A stretch of 64,000 nt of DNA from Macrostomum lignano (taxonomy: Eukaryota). The stretch is from positions 124,001-188,000 of the forward strand of contig NIVC01001338.1 in the NCBI GenBank assembly GCA_002269645.1, read 5' to 3'. The translations under genes and the position numbers were made by a program. Shown piece after piece: positions 1 to 9,639 of this stretch (its first letter is position 1; the number at the start of each line of letters is the position of its first letter). The notes beneath the pieces were generated by a model. The model saw only the letters and a list, made by a program, of their open reading frames with translations, was not told the origin of the DNA and did not search any database.

Positions 1-1730
1 TCACCTAAAGAACTCAATTAATAAAGGGCTCCAGAACAAATTGATGGGCAAACGGATGACACACTGCACAGAGACTTGTTGGGACATATTAAAAACAGCT
101 TATTTTAGAATGGGTACACTTTACTAAAGTAGAATGCTCCTACAGAAAGCTGCAAGCAAACTAGCATCTTCTGGAGCTGACATGCAGAGAAGAATGATTT
201 TGTCGTCCTTGAAATCACTAAACAGATATGCGAAATCGATCTTTTGCTAATCCCACCACAGGTTCCAGTGAAAAGAAGAAACGAAACCCATTGACTAAAT
301 TGGCAGTCGACTCAATCGATGCCGACTGCAACTGACCTGTCAGCTTCGAACTCAGGAGAGCAGCTAATAGACTACGAGAGTAATGCTAGATGCCAGAATG
401 CTTCACAACATCAAAGTCTTAAGCAGAAGCTTCAATGAAAGGTTAGTTCATGCTGTGGCTGCATTCGTTTTCGTGTCTAGAAGCGTTATAACTTTTTGTA
501 CTTTTAACTCTCAGATCGGGTCTTAGCAGATTCTATAGCTATGCATGCAAGGGCCCCTCAGAGGAGATGCTTAAACACTGCAGTGCATTTTTCCTAGCAA
601 TTATTGGGACACGAAGTGTTGGGCCACTGTGTGTGTGTCTAGTTTTTTCCGCATTTGTTAAGTCACCTAAAGAACTCAATTAATAAAGGGCTCCAGAACA
701 AATTGATGGGCAAACGGATGACACACTGCACAGAGACTTGTTGGGACATATTAAAAACAGCTTATTTTAGAATGGGTACACTTTACTAAAGTAGAATGCT
801 CCTACAGAAAGCTGCAAGCAAACTAGCATCTTCTGGAGCTGACATGCAGAGAAGAATGATTTTGTCGTCCTTGAAATCACTAAACAGATATGCGAAATCG
901 ATCTTTTGCTAATCCCACCACAGGTTCCAGTGAAAAGAAGAAACGAAACCCATTGACTAAATTGGCAGTCGACTCAATCGATGCCGACTGCAACTGACCT
1001 GTCAGCTTCGAACTCAGGAGAGCAGCTAATAGACTACGAGAGTAATGCTAGATGCCAGAATGCTTCACAACATCAAAGTCTTAAGCAGAAGCTTCAATGA
1101 AAGGTTAGTTCATGCTGTGGCTGCATTCGTTTTCGTGTCTAGAAGCGTTATAACTTTTTGTACTTTTAACTCTCAGATCGGGTCTTAGCAGATTCTATAG
1201 CTATGCATGCAAGGGCCCCTCAGAAGAGATGCTTAAACACTGCAGTGCATTTTTCCTAGCAATTATTGGGACACGAAGTGTTGGGCCACTGTGTGTGTGT
1301 CTAGTTTTTTCCGCATTTGTTAAGTCACCTAAAGAACTCAATTAATAAAGGGCTCCAGAACAAATTGATGGGCAAACGGATGACACACTGCACAGAGACT
1401 TGTTGGGACATATTAAAAACAGCTTATTTTAGAATGGGTACACTTTACTAAAGTAGAATGCTCCTACAGAAAGCTGCAAGCAAACTAGCATCTTCTGGAG
1501 CTGACATGCAGAGAAGAATGATTTTGTCGTCCTTGAAATCACTAAACAGATATGCGAAATCGATCTTTTGCTAATCCCACCACAGGTTCCAGTGAAAAGA
1601 AGAAACGAAACCCATTGACTAAATTGGCAGTCGACTCAATCGATGCCGACTGCAACTGACCTGTCAGCTTCGAACTCAGGAGAGCAGCTAATAGTCTACG
1701 AGCGTAATGCTGGATGCCAGAGTGCTCTAA
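1..1730. repeat. Tandem repeat of a 662-bp unit, about 2.6 copies, running off the left edge
   Basis: TCACCTAAAGAACTCAATTAATAAAGGG starts at 1, 663 and 1325. Copies 1 and 2 are nearly identical (GAGGAG vs GAAGAG near 562/1224). Copy 3 diverges after about 1690. Confidence 0.97.
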
Positions 1731-2199
1731 ATAACGAGACTCCTGTTTTCTCACTCGACCGGAATTTGTTGTTTAATCTGCTTAACTAATCTCTGCGTTT
1801 TAGTTTTCAGTTTCACTGTCAATTTTAGGTTTTATTCTAAGCGCAAGTGTAATTGAATTTTTTATTCATATTAGTCAGGCATATTGCGTACAGCATTAGT
1901 AAAGGTAAAGGTAAATAGACTGCTTGTAACTAGTTTTTCCTTCATGTGGATTGGCTTTAACGAAGCCTTTTGTATTTCAAGTAATGCTGAATTCGCTGGA
2001 CTGAGGACAATATAGTTACACGATGATATGCTATTCCTTCACTTTCAATAGATCATACTATTAGTATGGGACGTGCTTTTTTATTTCAATGTATGCTTTT
2101 TTTCATCATTTAAATGCTAAAAATACTTAATAGGTCATTGCACTGTGTGTATGTGTGTGTTTTCGTGTGTCAAAAAAAATTGCAAAATAAGTGCCCACC

Positions 2200-2370
2200 A
2201 TTGTATACCGTACCAACAAGTGCCCGGTGCGTGATTGTGTGTGTGTGTGTGTGTGGCGACCCCCCAGTCCCTGAACTGAACAGCCGTACGCAGCCTTCAG
2301 ATGCGCAGTGCAATAGCTGCGGCTGAGCTGTCGGTTGCACATCTGGCCGTTAGGGCAGTTGTAATCATTT
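2200..2370 (+). mobile_element. 3' part of a SINE, same family as 37705-38010 and 24430-24650
   Basis: GGCGACCCCCCAGTC...CTGAACAGCCGTACGCAGCCTTCAGATGCG...GCTGAGCTGTCG...CATCTGGCC matches the reverse complement of 37740-37855. Confidence 0.75.
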
Positions 2371-2412
2371 TTTAATTATTTCAGAAGTTTCATACAACAC
2401 TGTTTTTCCCAG

Positions 2413-5400
2413 GCCACGACAAGAGCCGCTTCCACTGTCGCATTCCGTTTGCCTACGGCGGCCGCCTGCACTACGGCTGCTTGCAACTGTCTATGGCCGG
2501 ACCTACTCCCGTTGCTCCCGCGACCAGCGGCTTCTGGTGCGGCCTGAAAGCCTCGATCGCCTCGGTCAGCTGGTCGAGCAGAGACTGGGCCTTCTGCGAG
2601 TCCGCCAACGCCACCACCGCTGACTATTTGAAGGCTGTCGGCTGGCACCGGGGCCTGACGGGCGCCAGGCTGGAGGCGCTGCTCAAGATCGCCAGGCATC
2701 GAAATGCCGTGCAGAGCGAGGCCGCCGAGTTCGCGAGTTCGAATCACGCAGCGGCGGGAGCGGCAAAGGCGGTCGCAGCCAGCGATTCATCCGGTGGCGT
2801 CGAAGGCGGCGACGGCGAGGGCGCCGGAGACGATGGCGGGAGCTCCAGGTGGGGCGTCGGCCTGGTTGTGTCGCTTGGTGTCGCCTGCGGCTTGCTGACC
2901 TTGGCGGTGGCCATCACCGGCTGCGCTGTGCACAGGCGCTACTTCAGGTGAGTTGGACGGCTGGCTCATTTCAGGAGCTTTGGCGGTGCCAGGGACGCAT
3001 CACCAGGTCTCTCTTGGTGGGCGCCCCTGTCTCTCTTGGTGGGCGTCCCTGTCTCTTGGTGGGCGCCCCTGTCTCTTGGTGGGCGCCCCTGTCTCTTGGT
3101 GGGCGCCCCTGTCTCTTGGTGGGTGCCCTGTCTCTTGGTGGGCGCCCCTGTCTCTTGATGGGCGCCCCTGTCTCTTGGTGGGCGCCCCTGTCTCTTGGTG
3201 GGCGCCCCTGTCTCTTGGTGGGCGCCCCTGTCTCTTGGTGGGCGCCCCTGTCTCTTGGTGGGCGCCCCTGTCTCTTGGTGGATGCCCCTGTCTCTTGGTG
3301 GATGCCCCTGTCTCTTGGTGGGCGCCCCTGTCTCTTGGTGGGTGCCCTGTCTCTTGGTGGGCGCCCCTGTCTCTTGGTGGGCGCCCCTGTCTCTTGGTGG
3401 GCGCCCCTGTCTCTTGGTGGGCGCCCCTGTCTCTTGGTGGATGCCCCTGTCTCTCAGTGGGCGCCCCTGTCTCTTGATGGGCGCCCCTGTCTCTTGGTGG
3501 GCGCCCCTATCTCTTGTCCCCTGTCTCTCAGTGGGCGCCCCTGTCTCTTGGTGGGCGCCCCTGTCTCTTGGTGGGCGCCCCTGTCTCTCTCAGTGGGCGC
3601 CCCTGTCTCTTGGTGGGTGCCCCTGTCTCTTGGTGGGCGCCCCTGTCTCTTGGTGGGCGCCCCTATCTCTTGGTGGGCGCCCCTGTCTCTTGGTGGGCGC
3701 CCCTGTCTCTTGGTGGGCGCCCCTGTCTCTTGGTGGATGCCCCTGTCTCTTGGTGGGCGCCCCTGTCTCTTGGTGGGCGCCCCTGTCTCTTGGTGGGCGC
3801 CCCTGTCTCTCTCAGTGGGCGCCCCTGTCTCTTGGTGGGCGCCCCTGTCTCTCTCAGTGGGCGCCCCTGTCTCTTGGTGGGTGCCCCTGTCTCTTGGTGG
3901 GCGCCCCTGTCTCTTGATGGGCGCCCCTGTCTCTTGGTGGGCGCCCCTGTCTCTCTCGGTGGGCGCCCCTGTCTCTCTCGGTGGACGCCCCTGTCTCTTG
4001 GTGGGTGCCCTGTCTCTTGGTGGGCGCCCCTGTCTCTTGATGGGCGCCCCTGTCTCTTGGTGGGCGCCCCTGTCTCTTGGTGGGCGCCCCTGTCTCTTGG
4101 TGGGCGCCCCTGTCTCTTGGTGGGCGCCCCTGTCTCTTGGTGGGCGCCCCTGTCTCTTGGTGGATGCCCCTGTCTCTTGGTGGATGCCCCTGTCTCTTGG
4201 TGGGCGCCCCTGTCTCTTGGTGGGTGCCCTGTCTCTTGGTGGGCGCCCCTGTCTCTTGGTGGGCGCCCCTGTCTCTTGGTGGGCGCCCCTGTCTCTTGGT
4301 GGGCGCCCCTGTCTCTTGGTGGATGCCCCTGTCTCTCAGTGGGCGCCCCTGTCTCTTGATGGGCGCCCCTGTCTCTTGGTGGGCGCCCCTATCTCTTGGT
4401 GGATGCCCCTGTCTCTCAGTGGGCGCCCCTGTCTCTTGATGGGCGCCCCTGTCTCTTGGTGGGCGCCCCTGTCTCTCTCAGTGGGCGCCCCTGTCTCTTG
4501 GTGGGTGCCCCTGTCTCTTGGTGGGCGCCCCTGTCTCTTGGTGGGCGCCCCTATCTCTTGGTGGGCGCCCCTGTCTCTTGGTGGGCGCCCCTGTCTCTTG
4601 GTGGGCGCCCCTGTCTCTTGGTGGATGCCCCTGTCTCTTGGTGGGCGCCCCTGTCTCTTGGTGGGCGCCCCTGTCTCTCTCAGTGGGCGCCCCTGTCTCT
4701 TGGTGGGCGCCCCTGTCTCTCTCAGTGGGCGCCCCTGTCTCTTGGTGGGTGCCCCTGTCTCTTGGTGGGCGCCCCTGTCTCTCTGTCTCTTGGTGGGCGC
4801 CCCTGTCTCTCTCGGTGGACGCCCCTGTCTCTTGGTGGGCGCCCCTGTCTCTTGGTGGGCGCCCCTGTCTCTTGGTGGGCGCCCCTGTCTCTTGGTGGAT
4901 GCCCCTGTTTCTTGGTGGATGCCCCTGTCTCTTGGTGGGCGCCCCTGTCTCTTAGTGGATACCCCTGTCTCTTGGTGGGCGCCCCTGTCTCTTGGTGGGC
5001 GCCCCTGTCTCTTGGTGGGCGCCCCTGTCTCTTAGTGGATGCCCCTGTCTCTTTAGGCGCCCCTGTCTCTTGGTGGGCGCCCCTGTCTCTCGGTGGGCGC
5101 CCGTTTTTGGTTGGCGCCCCTGTCTTTTAGGCCAGTGGTGATGGTGGCAAAGGTTGAGCTCCTGTCTTTTTGGAGAGGCTTACGTTTTGTGCTTGCGATT
5201 GAGGGGGGGGGGTGGGGTCGCAGCCCTCACTGAAAGGCGGTTGCTGAGCCAGCAGGCATAGTTACAGAGAGGCAAGCAGGGGTTACATGTACATGTATAA
5301 CAGCGCCCAGTTTCTAACACAAATTTCAGAGGCCGGTACAAGCGCGTCGACCCGCTTCTCACCTCGGACCCGATGGAGAGAAGCGGCTACGGAGGCGTCG

Positions 5401-5417
5401 ATGCCTATCACGACTGA
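2413..5417 (+). CDS. 3' exons of a single-pass membrane protein with an FN2-like domain; 5' exons not identified
   Basis: Exon 2413-2947 (TTTCCCAG acceptor, AG|GTGAG donor) and exon 5330-5417 (TTTCAG acceptor, TGA at 5415). Translation: HDKSRFHCRIPFAYGGRLHYGC...FWC...DWAFC, a Gly/Ala/acidic stalk, TM GVGLVVSLGVACGLLTLAVAITGCAV, tail HRRYFRGRYKRVDPLL...AYHD. The phases join correctly. Confidence 0.8.
3008..5130. repeat. Intronic 20-bp minisatellite (GGGCGCCCCTGTCTCTTGGT)n with an 882-bp higher-order duplication
   Basis: The period of 20 is directly visible. The variant pattern recurs at offset 882 (track ORFs 3195/4077 and 3514/4396). Confidence 0.97.
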
Positions 5418-5604
5418 CAACTACCGTTTCTAAGCCTATGGAGTATGCAGAAAAGTTATGCTTCTAGCCATTAGAGCTATTTGTAGTAGTAAATGCGAGT
5501 TTTTTTCTGTTTTTTTAACTATTCATTTGTCAACCTCTGTGTCCGTTCCTATTGGTTTTGTTTTCAGCGTATTTGGCAGAAACGCTGTTTTTTGTTTTGT
5601 GGTT

Positions 5605-5702
5605 AGTGACAAATCAGTGACAATCAGTGACAATCAGTGACAATCAGTGACAATCGGTGACAATCAGTGACAATAAGTGACAATCAGTGACAATCAGTGA
5701 CC
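5605..5702. repeat. 10-bp tandem repeat (GTGACAATCA)n
   Basis: About 9 direct copies. Confidence 0.92.
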
Positions 5703-5899
5703 GGTAACTTCTTGTGGTTCTTGGTTTGTAACACTATTGCTTGTCTCCTTTCTGTACTGTTATCAGCACAACAATGTGCAAAAAATGCCAAAGGTTGTCA
5801 TACCGAAAGGCTCGTTCACAGCGTCATAAAACAAGGCAAGATTTCTTGTGATCAAATAACATTTGCTTTAACTTACGCGCTCTAATTAGCTTTTAAATT

Positions 5900-6150
5900 T
5901 GTGAATTGAGTGAATGGTTAGAATTGAGTGAATCGTGACAGTTGAATGAAAGGTGTCAATCGAGTGAATGATGTGAGTTGAGTCGATGGTGTGAATTTAT
6001 TGAATAGTGTGAATTCAGTCGGTGGTTTGCATTGAGTGAATCGTGACAATTGAGTGAATGGTGTAAATTGAGTGACTGGTGTGAATCGAGTGAATGATTT
6101 GAATTTAGTCAATGGTGTGAATTGAGTGAATCGTGAGAATCGAGTGAATT
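5900..6150. repeat. Degenerate GAGTGAAT/GTGAATT-rich tandem repeat
   Basis: Recurrent TTGAGTGAATCGTGACA-like units. Confidence 0.75.
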
Positions 6151-6685
6151 GCAATTATTGAATGAAAGAATATTTCTGACTTTTGACCTATGAGAACTAA
6201 GCCATTTTTGAACTGTTGATCTTGAAATCGTTATTCCAATTATAGAAGCTAAATGTATGTATTATCAAATCGAAGACAAAATATACAAGGCTCGTTTGTT
6301 GTAGTTCAATCTTAAAATTTCATTTGGGGAATCAATTAAAAGTATACAATAATCATGTGGTCTTTTGAGTTCTTCTTGTAGTTTAACTCAGCTCAGAATA
6401 TGCATACATGGACGAGCTCTTACTCGTAAAGTCGTCTTTGGCTAAACACCGTTGCATATCTGCCCCGAGCGTACACCGGTCACCAGCTCAACTTAGTTAA
6501 AGAGTAAACTGAACTCGCAAGCCACTTTGCTTTTCAAACTTCTCAAGCCCGGTGAGCACATGTCTCTATTGTTCTCCTGGATTCAACGTGCGCGTTATGC
6601 ACTGCGCTAGGCAGAAGACTGCGATATAAGCATTAGCTACTCTCTCTTGCGTGAACTGCAAGCAAAGCTACAGCTCTATTCGATC

Positions 6686-9002
6686 ATGTCCACTGCCGAG
6701 CAGTTGAGCGAGGAAGAACTGGCTCTGTACAAAGCCGCCTTCGGCATCTTCGATCGGGACAGCGACGGGTCCATCACGGCGGCGGAGCTGGGCTCGGTGA
6801 TGCGGTCACTGGGGCGGCATCCTTCAGATGCCGAGATTAAGGTTAGTATACCTGCATGTCCTATTTAATTAGTAGGTAAAAACATTTCTTACAGGGAGCG
6901 TTTCACAAGCTCGAATCTTCACAAGCTCGAATCTTCACAAGCTCGAATCTTCACAAGCTCGAATCTTCACAAGGTTAAAACTTCACAAGCTCGAATCTTC
7001 ACAAGCTCGAATCTTCACAAGCTCGAATCCTCACAAGGTTAAATCTTCACAAGGTTAAATCTTCACAATGTTAAATCTTCACAAGCTCGAATCTTCACAA
7101 GCTCGAATATTCACAAGCTCGAATCTTCACAAGCTCGAATCTTCACAAGCTCGAATCCTCACAAGGTTAAATCTTCACAAGGTTAAATCTTCACAAGCTC
7201 GAATCTTCACAAGCTCGAATCTTCATAAGCTCGAATCTTCACAAGCTCGAATCTTCACAAGGTTAAATCTTCACAAGCTCAAATCTTCACAAGGTTAAAT
7301 CTTCACAAGCTCGAATCTTTACGAATTCAATATTGTAAAATTTCGAGCTTGTGAAGTTTTGAGATTATAAAAAGCGAACCAAGGACAACTTAATCACTCA
7401 GGACGGGAGTCTCGCAATTTATGGTGAAAAAATCACGAGGTTCGTTTAAATGCAGTGTTCTATGACCAAACTTACCTGCAGATACCACAGACACAAACTC
7501 ACCGACGACAAGGCAAGGACTACTTAAAAAAACACAAAATTTTAGTACGAACCAGCTACCCTGTTACTGCCGATTTTTAAATAATCTTTCAGTCCTGGGA
7601 TCTCGCACATGATGTAATATGACCAAGACTTTCAAATTACTGGTGTGCAAATCGGCCAAAAATTGAAAGCAAAAAATCGCTGCGGGGAAAGTTTCCTGTG
7701 GCTAAAAGGTTTCCTTGTAGTCATTCATCATCATCATCAACCTTCAAGGCAGCCTTCTCAACCTGTAGCAACACACTTTTCCCATTGCTTGAGCATTCTG
7801 TAACTTCGGCCTTCTTTCGATTGCACACTTATGATGATGTCAATGATTATAGAAATAAAAAAACTTGACTAATTAAGCAAACTTTCGCAAGGTGCAAAAC
7901 AGTGAGATTTGCTTACAAGTGACGGAGTGTATAAAATACTCAACAGAGAAGGGGTGGACGGTAAGACGGATACACTGTACATTAGAGCCGTTTTGTGTAC
8001 ACTCGTACTTGCGTACTGCAAAGAAGATCCATAAAAACTGACTAAGTTATGTTCTTCACCTTTTATTTATTTATTAGAGGCAGGGGGTTGTGTGCACCCT
8101 GGCGCACTTTAAGCAACATAGGCACACAACCGGCGAGAGGCATTACTGCCCATTCCACCGACTCCCCTGAGCAGGCATACAAGCACGCGGATACGTACGC
8201 AGGCACACACTCACACAGGAGTGTACAGCGGCCCTAACTTTATATTATCGTTAGGCATGTACACTTCACTGCGCCTTGGGGGGTTGGCTCTCAAGGCCGT
8301 TAATTGCACGAGCAGAGCCAAGCCGAGATTTCAATTCAGCCCCAAATTAATGTGACTGCACTTGGAATCGAGCCTGGGTCGCTGGCAGGAGCAGGAACCA
8401 GAGCCTGCGCTAGACCGCTGGGCTACGGCCCCCCTTCTTCACCTTTTACTGTATGACTATCAGTGACATTGCGATGGTTTTTCACACACATCACTTTTGA
8501 ATGAAATGATCAAAATACACGCGACTGAATTCATTGGAAAGAAGAGACGAGCGGCTTAAAAATGACACTACTCTGGGATTAAGCTAGTCAGAACTTTCTG
8601 GACACGCCTCGTACATTGTAGAATACCTCCTTGGTCCTACTGTTTAATAATAAGTAGTTCCCGAAAACGCAGGAGATGATCAACGAGGTTGACGAGGATG
8701 GCAACGGCAGCGTGGACCTGTCCGAGTTCCTCACCCTGATGCTGCGCAAAACCAGCGACGCGGATGCTGAAGAAGAGATCCGCGAGACTTTCCGCGTGTT
8801 CGACAGAGACGAGGACGGCTATTTGTCCGTCAAGGAGCTGCGTCACGTGATGTCCTGCCTGGGCGAGGAGGTCAGCGAAGCCGAGGCCGTGGAGATGCTG
8901 CTCACAGCCAAGGCGAAGAATGGCGGCGAGTCCGGCAGCGGCTCGAACTCCGAGGAGCTGCTGGTGAGCTTCGATGAGTTCCGAGCGTTGGCCACTGACT
9001 AG
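6686..9002 (+). CDS. Calmodulin-like EF-hand protein, 161 aa, with a degenerate EF-hand 4
   Basis: Exons 6686-6841 (AAG|GTTAGT) and 8673-9002 (CGCAG|GAG), phase 0. Loops [24 protein letters not shown] and [12 protein letters not shown] are canonical. The N-terminus [19 protein letters not shown] parallels calmodulin. Confidence 0.92.
6893..7470. mobile_element. Intronic non-autonomous TIR/foldback-type element whose internal 16-bp unit (TTCACAAGCTCGAATC)n is expanded at 6901-7320
   Basis: Starts CAGGGAGCGTTTCACAAG and has a short inverted copy TCGAGCTTGTGAA near 7345. The downstream CCAAGGACAACTT...CTCAGGAC...GAGG.TCGTTTAAA.GCA.TGTTCTATG block is shared with 16821-16910. Confidence 0.6.
8066..8434 (-). 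mobile_element. Full-length tRNA-derived SINE with a 14-bp target-site duplication
   Basis: The minus strand begins GGGGGGCCGTAGCCCAGCGGTCTAGCGC (A box), has GGCTCGATTCC (B box) and ends in (TAAA)n. TTCTTCACCTTTTA flanks both ends (8052-8065 and 8435-8448). Confidence 0.88.
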
Positions 9003-9149
9003 AACTGGCCGTGACGTTTAATCCGATTCGTTTTTACTGCATTAGACTGCATTTGCTTATGCTACAGAAATAAATCATGTTGGTTTCGCACATACACGTT
9101 CTGATTGGTCAATAAATTTACAAACTGGCTTGTGGTCAACCTGATGCAA

Positions 9150-9477
9150 TGCCGTGCGCGACATAGTCCCTGACCCTCAACTATGCAGCACTGCAAGGCA
9201 ACTCTGCCCATTCCACTGACTCCTGAGCACACACAAGCGTGCCAATACTGTATTCAGGCACGCACTCATACACACGTTCGCACAGGCTGTACAGCGGCTT
9301 TATAATCTTCAGGCATGTACAGTCTTGTAGGTGGGTCCTGATGAATGTGAATCGCAGGACAACCCACCGGGCAACTCTTATGCATAAGCCCCATATGAAT
9401 GTGCTAGCGCACGGAATCGAACGATGGGTCGTGGGCCTGAGAGTCAGACGCGTTTACCCTTGAGAGCTGCTCTGCCT
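9150..9477 (-). mobile_element. tRNA-derived SINE sharing a central domain with the 8066-8434 SINE
   Basis: Minus-strand head GGCAGAGCAGCTCTCAAGGGTAAACGCG...GTTCGATTCC. Shares CTGCCCATTCCAC(C/T)GACTCC...GAGCA...GTACAGCGGC...GGCATGTACA with 8145-8265. Confidence 0.65.
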
Positions 9478-9639
9478 CCGAGTACTCGAGTACATTGGAA
9501 AAAACATGTACATTTACATGTTCCGATGCGTTTACGATTGGCCCCGACAAAGGTAATTGTCCGGCAGAAACGCGTAATAATCAACAAGAACATCGTACTT
9601 TAAAATCCAAACAAAATGATAGTTTATTTTCAGAGTTTT

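Noticed and set aside
2849-5130. 728-aa and overlapping long ORFs
   Set aside because: They are translations of a stop-poor 20-bp satellite lying inside a GT-AG intron whose flanking exons join in frame.
8350-8434. Functional tRNA genes (also near 9400-9477, 13865-13935 and 37940-38010)
   Set aside because: A and B boxes are present but the acceptor stems do not pair, and in most cases the sequences continue into SINE bodies with tails or a TSD.
6686-9002. Canonical calmodulin
   Set aside because: Too many substitutions and a destroyed EF4 for such an invariant protein; treated as a paralog.
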